64,000 nt of DNA from Octopus sinensis (lineage: Eukaryota), in assembly GCF_006345805.1 (NCBI RefSeq), contig NC_042999.1, positions 50,902,001-50,966,000 on the forward strand, in the 5' to 3' direction. Below the pieces are notes generated by a model. The model was given only the letters and a program-made list of their open reading frames with translations. It made no database searches and was not told the origin of the DNA. Shown here in pieces: positions 11,256-23,567 of the stretch (within the stretch, counting starts at the first letter, position 1; each line of letters begins with the position of its first letter). The translations under genes and the position numbers were made by a program.

Positions 11256-11620
11256 TTAATGTCTGTTTCCCATACCAGCATGGGTTGGACAGCTTGACAG
11301 GAACTGATAAAGCCAGGGGCCTCACAAGGTGCCATATTCTGTTTTGGCTTGGTTTCTAGGCTGGATGCCCTTCCTGATGCCAACCACTCCACATAGTTTA
11401 CTGGGTGCTTTTTAAGTGGCACCAACACCAGTGCTTTTTATTTAACACCATCACCCACACCAATTCTTTTTAAATGGCACCTTGATTTTAGGATCACAAT
11501 TCTGCTGTGGTGGTCATGTCTTCTCGAGTACAGCAGTACACCACATTTCTTGGTCCTCTGTCATCTCCTTCATAAGGTTCAGTGTTTTATTGAGTTATTT
11601 TCCAAATATTGAAAAGCATT
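11256..11620 (-). mobile_element. RTE-type LINE 3' end, degenerate
   Basis: GGATGCCCTTCCTGATGCCAACC, GGTGCTTTTTAAGTGGCACC units and an ORF-end remnant CTTCTCGAGTACAGCA. Confidence 0.75.
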
Positions 11621-11659
11621 TCCAATGATAATTTTGGTTTAATAGTCATAAGGCAATAT

Positions 11660-11943
11660 TACTCTTTACTCTTTTAATTGTTTCAGTCATTTGACTGTGG
11701 CCATGCTGGAGCACCACCTTTAGTCGAGCAAATCGACCCCGGGACTTATTCTTTGTAAGCCTAGTACTTATTCTATCAGTCTCTTTTGCCGAACCGCTAA
11801 GTGACGGGGACATAAACACATCAGACTTTGGTTGGCCTGAGGCTATAGAAGAAGGCACTTGTCCAAGGTGCCACACAGTGGGGCTGAACCCGGAACCATG
11901 TGGTTGGTAAGCAAGCTACTTACCACACAACCACTCCTGCACC
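11660..11943 (-). mobile_element. Family A SINE lacking the central microsatellite module
   Basis: 3' tail and head are both present but joined directly near 11820-11826. Confidence 0.8.
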
Positions 11944-12699
11944 TTACCTTCTAAAAACGAAAAAGAAATATTAAAAAGGGATTTTTTTACTGCAACAGCT
12001 CTAAGAAATATTTATATGACATCTAATCAAAAACCAGGGTGTGTATTATGTTTTGTTTTGTCTTTTTTCCACACACAGTTCACCCACTTGTAGAATGTAT
12101 TATGTCTAAGAATGTATATTCAGTTACAGCTGATTTATAGATAATCCATATGATTTTCTCTATATTTTAACTACAGAGCAGTAGAAGCTATTATTCATTG
12201 ATTTTTAAATGTGCTGCATATACTGAAGCTATATATATATATTTAGTCCCTATCCCCTGCTCTAGATGGGATGTGTAGCTGTGTGCACAATTGTTATCTG
12301 AAAAATATAAGTAAGCACAAATATGGTTATGTGGTTAAGAAGTTTACTTTACAAAGCACAGGGCTTTGGATTCAGTCCCACAGTGTAGCCCCTTTGGCAA
12401 GTGTCCTCTACTGTGGCTCACTGAGAAGACTATTACCTTGTGTGTGAATCCGATAGACAGAAACTGTGCAGAAGGTGTTGTGTACATACATATATACATA
12501 CATATATGCATGCATATATACATACATGCACAAATGCATGCATGCTTACCTACATAAATACATGTATGTATGTATCTATGTATGCATATTTAGATATGTT
12601 TACATATAAATGTGTGTGTGTGTGTAGATAGATAGATATATAGGTAGGAGTACATATGTGTGTGTGTGGATGCATCTGTATGTGTCTGTATGTGGATGC

Positions 12700-12900
12700 A
12701 CAATGGCCTAGTAGTTAGGGCAGCAGACTTACGGTCGGAAGATAGTGGTTTCAATTCCCAAACCGGACGTTGTGTGTGCTTATTGAGCGAAAATACCTAA
12801 AAGCTCCACGAGGCTCTGGCAGAGGGTAGTGGTGACCCCTGTTGTATTCTTTCGCCACAACTTTCTTTCACTCTCTCATCCTGTTTCTTGAGTAACTCCA
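12700..12900 (+). mobile_element. Family C tRNA-derived SINE, 5' part
   Basis: ATGGCCTAGTAGTTAGGGCAGCAGAC...AAGCTCCACGAGGCTCTGGCAG...CCACAACTTTCT; matches 40951-41333. Confidence 0.75.
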
Positions 12901-13384
12901 CAAACACACCCACAGACAAAATTTCCCACAAGCACATATATATATAAATATATATATATATGGTGGGGGACATGTGTTTTAGTGGTTAGGCTGTTGTACT
13001 CATGATCATAAGATTGTAGTTTTGATTCCTAAACCAAGCAGTCCATTGTATTCTAGATCAAAACTTCATTTCACGTTGCACCTGCCTACTCAGCTGGTAA
13101 AAATAGGTTTCCCTTCAATGGACTGGCATTCCAACTAAGAGCTAATATATACACCACAGAATCTGAGAAAATTATCTTATGAGCCAATACGCATAGTGAT
13201 TTTTCTTAGAACTAAAATATCTAAACCAGATATAATTCTTATATTTTTAACTCTTTTGGTACAAATCCACCTGAAGCCACCACTGGTTCTTTGATATAAA
13301 CCTCTGATTTTAAAGCAATCCAGGTCAAAAGCTTCCACCAAAATTTCAGGTTAATTTATGTTCCAAACACAGTTTAATAATTCT

Positions 13385-13535
13385 TTCTACTATAGGCACA
13401 AGGCCTGAAATTTTGTGGGAAGGTGCTAGTCAATTACATCGACCCCAGTGCATAAGTGGTATTTATTTCATTAACTCCAAATAGCTGAAAGGCAAAGTCA
13501 ACCTCAGCAGAATTTGAACTCAGAACATAAGGATG
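13385..13535 (-). mobile_element. Family B (Meta-domain-like) SINE fragment
   Basis: GAAAGGCAAAGTCAACCTCAGCAGAATTTGAACTCAGAAC is the reverse complement of the B core. Confidence 0.75.
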
Positions 13536-13739
13536 GATGACATCCTTAAGTGTAGAGTTAGACACTTCTAAAAAAGATGGAATTGTCATGAGTAGAATGA
13601 GAGCCAAGAGAATGAATGCAAGACGTTGTCAAATATATAACAAAAAGTATGACGATGCTTATATTAGACATTCAGCAGTAATAACAAAGAATCCATTAAT
13701 TCATACACTGATATCGAAATATGCAGATTTATCATGTTA

Positions 13740-14235
13740 TTGTTGCTGTTCCTGCTCAGCCCCAGGTCAGCCATGGTTAAGCAGAGATCTGTAATCAAAG
13801 ACATTCCAGTAGTAGCCACCCCATCAATTTTTATAAATTACACAGCATCCAGAATTATATTATCTAATGTATACTTTTATATGATTGTAGGGTACGATTT
13901 AGGGTGGGTGTCCAGTTGCTAGTTTTAGCCAGCTTTAATACAATGTATAAGGTCCCCTAATAGCTTTATGACCCATCCATGCTGACAATTTCACTATGGT
14001 CAGCATGAGACATCTTATCCTTCTGTGTTGTTTAATCCCAATTCAATTCAATTTAAGCAAGAGACGTTCTAACAATGACCATCCCATCTGTTTTTCTTCA
14101 CGGTACATAGTATTTAGGATCATATTATCTAATGTCCCCTGTAATGTTCCTTATATAACCTTTCTTTTCTAAAGACAGCAGGCTAAGATTTAAAGATTTG
14201 GGTGCTGTTTCTAGCAGGCCGAGAAACCATGTTAA
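13740..14235. mobile_element. Two degenerate copies of an unclassified interspersed repeat (also near 29490 and 60090)
   Basis: Shared blocks CAGCCCCAGGTCAG / ATTATCTAATGT / GCTATTTCTAGCAG. Confidence 0.5.
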
Positions 14236-15026
14236 ATGTATAACCAATACACTAGTAGTTAGAGGGATTAATAATGCTTATTAAATGGATTATTGATACC
14301 TATCTGTATGGAATATGAGTCAGAAACGATTTCATGGTTCCAGATAAATGGCTAAATAGATGTAGAAGATGTTGCAGCTTAGCACAGGGACACAAATTTG
14401 GAAGGAAGTAATTTAGCTTACCATTATGGAACCCTGTACTTCAATGATACTTATTTTAACAATGCAAGGTTAAGGTGACCCTACAGGATTCAAACTCAGA
14501 ATTTAAAGTGACATACCTAATACCATAAGGCATTTATTTTGTTGAACACTACTAGTTGTGTCAAACTACTGACTGACTAGCATAAATAAAAATATTAATT
14601 AGCTTCAGAGATTTGTCTAAAACTGGTTGTCAACAACTGACAAATACAAAAGGCAAAGAAAAAACATCTAGAATAATGTAACTTACAATGAAAAGAAATT
14701 TCAAATAATAAAAAAAAACATATTAATCTTCCTTTTGTAAATTTCAAAAAAAATTTCTTTTCTTAACAGTAGCAATAGTAAATTATATTCTTAATTCCTT
14801 CCTGATGAGAAAAATGGTTTTCAAAATTGAGTTTTTGTATTCATGAAAAAAGAAAACCTCTTTGTTTTGTGTTTTTTATTCACTTACATAATAAATATAT
14901 ATAAATATGAATATATATAAATATAGATATATATGAATATAAATATATATGAATATAAATATATATGAATATAATATATATATATATATATTATATATAT
15001 ATATATATATACATACATACATATAT

Positions 15027-15070
<44 letters not shown>

Positions 15071-15736
15071 GTGTTTGTATTATTTCATCTTCTATTTATT
15101 TATTTTATCTGTTTATTTATTTTACATTTCTTTCATCACTAACAAGATATTTCCATTTAAAGAAATAGTCCATTTTACTTTGAAATCAAAAAAAGATTCT
15201 CCGGATTGATTTCCTATAAGACATCAATGATTTATTACAAAAATGCCAACTGCAAGGACAATAAGAGAAAAGAAGAAAAAAAGAAAGAAAAAAGAAAAAA
15301 AAATTAAAAACAAAAACAAGGAAATAACTTATTTTAGTATAGCTAAGCTGACAAAACGTTGAATAGTGAATCTGAAATCACAGATGTCAATGTGGCCTGC
15401 CTATTGAAATATGGAAATTAGAAAGAGTATTGTCAACATGAGTTGGCTGGTGGGCTGGCAGGTTGAGAGATATTAGAAAAAGGCATGGACACACATGTGG
15501 CCTGAGATGAAATATTGGATGTAAGAATAGAGATAGGAGCTTGCCAATATGATAGTGGAAATAAGAGAGTTATTGGAAAGGAAAATAAATCAATAAAAGA
15601 ACAAAAATGTCAAGTAACTTTAAAGGAAGAATTGATATAATTGACATTTCTAGGGATAGAATTGCAATATAAAGTAAGCAGGTTAATCAAGTCATGATAA
15701 TGTTTTTCTTATCTTCTTACTTATTAACTGTATCAG

Positions 15737-15807
15737 AAATAATGAATACAATCATCAGTAATGTAGCAAGTGGATTTGGTTACATCAATGTACTGAGTAT
15801 TTCTTTG
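15737..15807 (+). CDS. Candidate internal exon, unknown gene
   Basis: Pyrimidine tract ...TTCTTACTTATTAACTGTATCAG acceptor and TTG|GTAACT donor. Only one frame is open: (E)IMNTIISNVASGFGYINVLSISL. No homology recognised. Confidence 0.2.
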
Positions 15808-16063
15808 GTAACTACTCTGTGATACATTGGAATCACACCATTTTGAAATAAGCATCTTTGCTTGAATAAATACAGCATAGGGCAATGACAAGGGGCAAAG
15901 TAATATCCCATTAACTTGTTCTAGCAGTTTCATCATGATAGATAGTTTCAATTTAATTCATATCAAATTTACTGAGAGGAGACTCTTTAGTCTCACTGAG
16001 AAAAAGTTAACCTCAACAGAGCTGGTGCCAGGATAAAATGTACCTAGTACATTTTTTAAGATT

Positions 16064-16345
16064 GTGGAGGCACATGGCCTAGTGGTTAGAGCAGCAGTCT
16101 TGTGGTCGAGGGATTGTGGGTTCGAATCTCAGACCGGGCGATGTGCGTTTTTATGAGCGAAACACCTATGCTCCACGCAGCTCTGGCAGCAGGTAATGGC
16201 GAACTTCTGCTGACTCTTTCACCACAACTTTCTCTCACTCTCTCCTCCAGCATCTTGCAGCTCACCTGCAATGGACCGGTGTCCCATCCAGGTAGGGAAT
16301 CTATACGCCAAGGAAACCAGAAAATTGGCCCTATGGGCCAGGCAT
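16064..16345 (+). mobile_element. tRNA-derived SINE, family C head with a different 3' module
   Basis: GGAGGCACATGGCCTAGTGGTTAGAGC head, B-box GGTTCGAATC, and 3' part CTGCAATGGACCGGTGTCCCATCCAGG...GGCTTGAGAAGGAAC. Confidence 0.8.
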
Positions 16346-17444
16346 GGCTTGAGAAGGAACAAACAATATTCTTTAAGATTGGAATTTTGTATCATAGAAC
16401 CAAAAGCTATCTCAAGTGGATTGCTAACAAAAGAGTTAATGCATAGTAACCCCAAAGGCAGTCATAAAATTATAAGATATTACAAAGTTTCTATTTCTAT
16501 TTGAATTATTGTTCAGAGGTTATTAATGTACCATGTGTAGTTTGGTTTTACAGTAGGTACACTACATGCCTGTATGCTGTAAAACTGTTATTAAAAGGGT
16601 TGGTGACAGAAAGCGCACTTGGCTATAGAATATTGCCTAAGGAAAATTATCCAATTTATGGTTGCATGGAAAACAGATATGATAATGATACAAATTTTTC
16701 ATGAATCCATATTTTTGAAAAGCCGTTTTTATGACTTTTTGCAATCCATATTGCTGTTTTTTGCTGTTATCTAATTTTAATTAATACTTGAATGAAAATT
16801 AAGCATACATTAATGGGTTAAGCTAGTGTTTAAAATATGTGCCAGCTAAAGACACCAACAACTCAGGGACTCATCTAGGGCTTCATATGCTGAGGGGTGC
16901 CATGTCATATGCTTAGGATTTTCAAAATAGAAAAGGAAAATATGAAAATAATAAATAAAACATAAACACCACCACCTTGCACCTTGGATGCCTTTTACTG
17001 AGTCTACTCTGTTGCATGCATTTGGGATGAGTCTCCAGTATAAAGATACCTTCCTCCTGCCCTAAAACTATTCTCTAAGGTCCTGTAAAGGGTCATGAGC
17101 ACTGCATTCCCTCTTGACTAAAAGACAGAAAAATTAAAACTACTTCATTCTTATATGTACAGATTTTTTATTCTTTGCAAGAATTAAAAAAAATTAAACT
17201 TATAAAGGCACCAAAATTCAATTTGCCAGCAATCCTGTGAGTCAGTCCTGTTTAAAATATAACTAAAGGTTCCTTCAGCCATGGCTGTATGATACAAAAA
17301 TTTGCTTGTTAACCACATGGTTTCTGGTTCAGTCCCACTGTACACAACTTAAGCAAGTGTCTTCTACTACAGTTCCAGGCTGGCCAAAACCTTAAGATTG
17401 GATTTGACAGAAACTGGAAAAAAAAAAACTCTGAAAAATTCTTT

Positions 17445-17735
17445 GTCTTGCAAGTTACTTGGTGACCCTGCCAGTGCTGGTTTTTATGTAAAAAGCATCC
17501 AGTCCACACTGTGAAGTGGTTGGCAGTTGGAAGGGCATCTAGCTGTAAAAACCATGTCAAAACTGACCTTGTAAAAAGCACTGTACACTCTGTGTGATGG
17601 TTGGTGTTAGGAAGGGCATCCAGCCATAAAAACCATGCCAGAACAGACACAGAAGCCTAGTGTAGTCTTCTACCTGGCCAGCTCCTATCAAACTGTCCAA
17701 CCCATGCCAGCATGGAAGATGATTATGATGATGAT
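17445..17735 (+). mobile_element. RTE-type 3' end with internal tandem duplication
   Basis: AAAAAGCA...GGTTGG...GGAAGGGCATC...AAACCATG occurs twice before CCAACCCATGCCAGCATGGAAG(ATG)n. Confidence 0.75.
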
Positions 17736-17756
17736 GGTGTGTGTGTGTGTTTTATA

Positions 17757-18080
17757 CTGTTGAGTAGTATATCCTTGGTTAAGGCATATGACCAGTCAAA
17801 AAGTTACTATTGGTTTCAATTCTATTGCTCTTAGCAATATAGATGACTCATCAGACCTGCTGGCAACTCACCATTCTCTCTTAGAAAAAGGTTTTTTTCC
17901 ATTTTGGTTTTTATCATCACCACCAAATTGACCAAGGCTGTATATTTACTTCCATCAGTAATGAGATTATGTACTTCTCAGCAGCAGTCACCTACATTGC
18001 CAAGTGCAATAGTAGACATGAAACTAATGGTAGCTTTCTGACTGGTCATATGTCATATCCAAAGATATACTACTTCAACT
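17757..18080. mobile_element. MITE with long (~85-bp) imperfect terminal inverted repeats
   Basis: Left GTAGTATATCCTTGGTTAAGGCATATGACCAGTCAAAAAGTTACTATTGGTTTCA versus reverse complement of right GTAGTATATCTTTGGATATGACATATGACCAGTCAGAAAGCTACCATTAGTTTCA. Confidence 0.8.
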
Positions 18081-18138
18081 ACATAAACTATATCAGCTCA
18101 AAATGTATTTTAGACTGTGATTGATGATATGATATAAT

Positions 18139-18189
<51 letters not shown>

Positions 18190-18195
<6 letters not shown>

Positions 18196-18220
18196 GAGAG
18201 AGAGAGGGAGACAGACAGAC

Positions 18221-18256
<36 letters not shown>

Positions 18257-19119
18257 ACATGTATGCATTTGTATTTGTGTATTTGTTTACATTGATGCCT
18301 CTAAATATCATGAACAACAAGCAGTGATGTTGTAGTCATTTCTTCTATTGACAAATCATTTGCTGGTTTTGCATCTTTGAAGATGTGTGAAATAAGAGAT
18401 TCTTTACTTGAAAAACCGGTACAGATTAGTGGCAGGAAGGCCATCTGGCTGCAAAATAATTTCTCAAAAACATGTCTGTCAAACCCTTGCTGACATGGAA
18501 AGATAAATGGAGGCAAAAACAATGGTTTGAATAGAAATATAAGCATATTAAAACAAGAGATTTTGTATTATAGATCAGAGCCAACTTTAGCCCAATGGCT
18601 GTCTTAATAGTAATTTAAATACAATATATTGGGGCCCCTACAACTACAACATTCACAAATTAGTATTGAGTCTCAAGACCATTGAGTCTCAAGACCATTG
18701 TCTCAAGACCTCAGGTAACTCGTCTGATTGCTTATGTCTTGATACAGTACTGCTTCAGGCAGGTTGGTATCAAACAGGTTAAATGAGAGAAAAAATGTTA
18801 GTTCCTTCTTTCCGTATCAAATTAGAACAAATATTGACATGTTTATAAAGATTTTCCTTCCTACATAAAATTGAATATTTGTGTAAACTTTGATTTATCT
18901 AACTAGAATATTGATTCATTTATTTTTCTTAAATCAGTAATATAATTTCATAAAAACCATTTCATGTAACTAAATAAATCAGATAAATTTGTTTTAGTAC
19001 ATGCATGAGTGTGTGAAGTGGTGTGCCAGTGTGTGAGTGGCATGTGTTTGTATGCATGTATATGTGCATTTGTGTAATATAGGTGAGTTTTATGCACCCA
19101 TGTGCATGCAGTCACACAG

Positions 19120-19184
<65 letters not shown>

Positions 19185-20097
19185 GAGAGAGAGAGGGAGA
19201 CAGACAGACAGATATATATATATATATATATATGGACATGTATGCATTTGTATTTGTGTATTTGTTTACATTGATGCCTCTAAATATCATGAACAACAAG
19301 CAATGATGTTGTAGTCATTTCTTCTATTGACAAATCATTTGCTGGTTTTGCATCTTTGAAGATGTGTGAAATAAGAGATTCTTTACTTGAAAAACCGGTA
19401 CAGATTAGTGGCAGGAAGGCCATCTGGCTGCAAAATAATTTCTCAAAAACATGTCTGTCAAACCCTTGCTGACATGGAAAGATAAATGGAGGCAAAAACA
19501 ATGGTTTGAATAGAAATATAAGCATATTAAAACAAGAGATTTTGTATTATAGATCAGAGCCAACTTTAGCCCAATGGCTGTCTTAATAGTAATTTAAATA
19601 CAATATATTGGGGCCCCTACAACTACAACATTCACAAATTAGTATTGAGTCTCAAGACCATTGAGTCTCAAGACCATTGTCTCAAGACCTCAGGTAACTC
19701 GTCTGATTGCTTATGTCTTGATACAGTACTGCTTCAGGCAGGTTGGTATCAAACAGGTTAAATGAGAGAAAAAATGTTAGTTCCTTCTTTCCGTATCAAA
19801 TTAGAACAAATATTGACATGTTTATAAAGATTTTCCTTCCTACATAAAATTGAATATTTGTGTAAACTTTGATTTATCTAACTAGAATATTGATTCATTT
19901 ATTTTTCTTAAATCAGTAATATAATTTCATAAAAACCATTTCATGTAACTAAATAAATCAGATAAATTTGTTTTAGTACATGCATGAGTGTGTGAAGTGG
20001 TGTGCCAGTGTGTGAGTGGCATGTGTTTGTATGCATGTATATGTGCATTTGTGTAATATAGGTGAGTTTTATGCACCCATGTGCATGCAGTCACACA

Positions 20098-20150
<53 letters not shown>
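18190..20150. repeat. Near-identical ~979-bp tandem duplication bounded by microsatellites
   Basis: GGACATGTATG at 18255 and 19234. Identical ORFs 18301-18546 and 19280-19525. I noticed one substitution (GCAGTG/GCAATG). Confidence 0.95.
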
Positions 20151-20160
<10 letters not shown>

Positions 20161-20180
20161 TTATATATATTTAGACTTAC

Positions 20181-20226
20181 TCAGAAATTCGTGTAGCACA
20201 CAACCCAGAGTCAGTTAGTCTAATTT
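20181..20226 (-). CDS. Candidate internal exon (minus strand), unknown gene
   Basis: Reverse complement: GATATTTTTGCCACACAG acceptor and TGA|GTAAGT donor. Single open frame (E)IRLTDSGLCATRIS. Confidence 0.18.
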
Positions 20227-21171
20227 CTGTGTGGCAAAAATATCAAAGCCTCCAAGTAATATAGGAAATATAATCAACCGAAACTAAACATCAACATGAA
20301 AATATTTAAATATTGATTGTATGGCAACATCACAGGAGAAACATATATAGTGATATACCTTGTATGATGTATTTATAACTGCATATCAACATGCCAGAAT
20401 GTATGTGCTGTGTGCATGCATGTGTGTGTGTGTTTAGTGTATGTGTGCTGAGTGTTGTGTGTATGTGTGTGTGCTAAAGTGTTTATATGCAATACACAAA
20501 CATTTGCATGCGTTTATGAAATTATATATTCTTCTGCTCTCCTTGCAGATGTATGCAACACGAATTTCGCACATTCATGATCAAATTTGAAAAGAATAAA
20601 AATAATGTAAAAATGATTGAAAAGAAAAAACAAATGTGATAGTAGAAAAAGATGCAATGAAGGAAAATCTATAAAAAAATATAGCAACAACAGTAGTTGG
20701 TTTCCAATCTGGAGCACCAAGCCAAAAAAGATTAAGCAAAAAACAAGAAGTCAAAATGAAAGTAGAAAAATATTGAACAAAAATAAAAGAGTATACAGAA
20801 AACTATATTGGAGTCCTTGAAATACAAACTTATAGAAGATACCAACCATTCTGTCTAGATTTATCTAATATGTTTGACGCATATGCTATGCTTTGTTTGT
20901 CAGATGGAGCTTATGTGACAACCAATGTTTATGTGATATAGAGGGTGAGAATTTTCGGAGCTAGATTTCTGACTGGAAATTTGACTTGAGATACACAGCT
21001 TTGCTACAGGGACAACATTGTCATCTTAAAGCCAGATATATTCTTACACGACTCAATATGTCTGAAAATAGATGCTACTGCCAATAGAGATTCAGCTATG
21101 ACTGAAAAGGTGATCCAGGTGTAAAATATTCAGAAACTATACAAATTTTTTAAACTGCTTGAATAAGCGCA

Positions 21172-21328
21172 GGAGTGGCTGTGTGGTAAGTAGCTTACTT
21201 ACAAACCACATGGTTCTGGGTTCAGTCCCACTGTGTGGCACCTTGGGCAAGTGTCTTCTGCTATAGCCTCGGGTTGATCAAAGTCTTGTGAGTGGATTTG
21301 GTAGATGGAAACTGAAAGAAGCCTATCG

Positions 21329-21391
<63 letters not shown>

Positions 21392-21622
21392 GTGTGTGTG
21401 TGTGTATATGTTTGTGTGTCTGTGTTTGTCTGCCCAACATCACTTGACAAACGATGCTGGTGTGTTTACATCCCTGTAACTTAGCAGTTCGGCAAAAGAG
21501 ACCAATAGAATAAGTACTAGGCTTAACAAAAAAATAACTACTAGGGTTGATTCATCTGCCTAAAAATTCTTCAAAGTGGTGTCCCAGAATGGATGCAGTC
21601 TAATAACTAATAGAATAAAAGA
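21172..21622 (+). mobile_element. Family A SINE, full length
   Basis: GGAGTGGCTGTGTGGTAAG head through a degenerate tail. Confidence 0.85.
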
Positions 21623-21767
21623 AAAATAATGACTGTGGTTAAGAAGTTTATACAAGGCCTCACATTGCATCATCAATGACTCATTTTAAGGATTCTTTCT
21701 AGCAATGGCTCTGCTCATATAGGAAAAAGCAGCTACTATACTATGCATGAATGTATGTATGTATGTA

Positions 21768-22169
21768 TACTCTTTTACTTGTTTCAATCATTTGACTGCA
21801 GCCATGCTGGAGCACCGCCTATAATCGAGCAACTCGACCCCAGGACTTATTCTTTTGTAAGCCTAGTACTTAATCTATCGGTCTCTTTTGCCGAACCACT
21901 AAGTAACGAGGACATAAACTCACCAGCATCGGTTGTCAAGCAATGCTAGGGGGACAAACACAAACACACAAACACACACACGCATATATATATATATACA
22001 TATATACGACGGGCTTCTTACAGTTTCCGTCTACCAAATTCACTCAACAAGGCTTTGGTTGGTCCGAGGCTATAGTAGAAGACACTTGCCCAAGGTGCCA
22101 CACAGTGGGACTGAACCCGGAACCATATGGTTGTTAAACAAGCTACTTACCACACAGCCACTCCTGCGC
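21768..22169 (-). mobile_element. Family A SINE, full length
   Basis: TACTCTTTTACTTGTTTCA ... ACCACACAGCCACTCCTGC. Confidence 0.9.
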
Positions 22170-22208
22170 TTATATGTATGTACATATATATATATGTATG
22201 TATGTACA

Positions 22209-22620
22209 TGGAGGCACACTGGCCCAGTGGTTAGGGCAGCGGACTTGCAGTCGTAGTCCATGAGGCTCCGGCAGGGGGGGAGGTGAACCCTGCTGTACTC
22301 TTTCACCACAACTTTCTCTCACTCTTTCTTCCTGTTTCTGTTGTACCTGTATTTTAAAGGACCAGCCTTGTCACGCTCTGTGTCATGCTCATCATCATCA
22401 TTGTTCGACTGTGGTCGAGACAATGGAATTTACCATGCTACGCCAGACTTCACGGTCCATCATAGCATTATGGAGGTCCTGTTGCTGGATCCCCGAAAAC
22501 TACGTTAAGGGTACACACGTCTGTGGAATACTCAGCCACTTGCAAATTAATTTCAGGAGCAGACTGTTCCGTTGATTGGATCAACTGGAACCCTCGTCGT
22601 CGTAACCGACGGAGTGCCAC
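22209..22620 (+). mobile_element. Family C SINE interrupted by an RTE insertion
   Basis: Head GGAGGCACACTGGCCCAGTGGTTAGGGC, tail GTCGTCGTAACCGACGGAGTGCC, and foreign sequence at 22390-22487. Confidence 0.85.
22390..22487 (-). mobile_element. Short 5'-truncated RTE (BovB-like C-terminus) nested in the SINE
   Basis: Reverse complement translates QQDLHNAMMDREVWRSMVNSIVSTTVEQ* followed by (TGA)n. MDRExWR is a typical RTE ORF end. Confidence 0.75.
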
Positions 22621-22689
22621 ATGCCATGTATACATATATATATATATACATATATATATACATATATATATATATATATGTGTGTGTGT

Positions 22690-23011
22690 GAAGGCACATG
22701 GCTCAGTGGTTAGAGCATCGAGCTTACGATCTTGAGGTTGTGAACTCAAATCCCAGACCAGGCTGTGTGTTGTATTCTTGAACAAGACACTTTATTTCAC
22801 GTTGGTCCAGTTAACTCAGCTGTAGAAATGTGTTGCAATGCCACAGGTGCCAAACTGTATCAGCCTTGGATAACACTGGTGGCGTGGAGAGGGGAGGCTG
22901 GTATGCATGGGCGACTGCTGGTCTTCCATAAACAACCTTGCCCAGACTTGTGCCTGGGAGGGTAACTTTCTAGGTGCAATCCCATGGTCAATAATGACCA
23001 AAGGGGGTCTC
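22690..23011 (+). mobile_element. Family D tRNA-derived SINE, near full length
   Basis: GAAGGCACATGGCTCAGTGGTTAGAGC (A box) ... CTTGAACAAGACACTTTATTTCAC ... CAAAGGGGGTCTC. Confidence 0.85.
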
Positions 23012-23012
23012 A

Positions 23013-23048
<36 letters not shown>

Positions 23049-23056
23049 GATATATA

Positions 23057-23464
23057 GGAGTGGCTGTGTGGTAAGTAGCTTGTTTGCCAACCACATGGTT
23101 CCGGGTTCAATCCTAATGCGTGGCACCGTGGGCAAGTGCCTTCTACTCTAGCCACAGGCTGACCAAAGTATTGTGAGTGGATTTGGTAGAAGGAAACAGA
23201 AAGAAGCCCGTCGTATATATGTATATATATATATGTGTGCGTGTGTGTTTGTGTGTCTGTGTTTGGCCCCCTAGCATTGCTTGACAACCGATGCTGGTGT
23301 GTTTATGTCCCCGTCACTTAGCGGTTCAGTAAAAGAGACCGATAGAATAAGTACTGGGCTTATAAAGAATAAGTCCCGGGGTCGAGTTGCTCAACTAAAG
23401 GCGGTGCTCCAGCATGGCCGCAGTGAAATGACTGAAACAAGTAAAAGAGTAAAGGAGTAAAAGA
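23057..23464 (+). mobile_element. Family A SINE, full length
   Basis: Head, CORE-like block, microsatellite and tail all present. Confidence 0.9.
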
Positions 23465-23567
23465 ATATGTACACACACACACACATACACGCATGCATAT
23501 GTATATGTATACATGAACTTTTATGTTCATCACCATTTAGGTGATGGTAATACTATATTTACATATA

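Noticed and set aside
10837-11359. Poly-His/Cys, poly-Asp, poly-Ser and poly-Ile ORFs
   Set aside because: All overlap one trinucleotide tract that is the tail of an RTE-type element; there are no splice or start signals favouring any frame.
16501-16704. ORF MNYCSEVINVPC...
   Set aside because: The central part is a degenerate RTE tail (GGTTGGTGACAGAAAG...GCATGGAAAACAGAT).
22690-22760. tRNA genes at SINE heads (families A-D)
   Set aside because: A and B boxes are present, but anticodon and acceptor stems do not pair properly and the sequences continue into SINE bodies.
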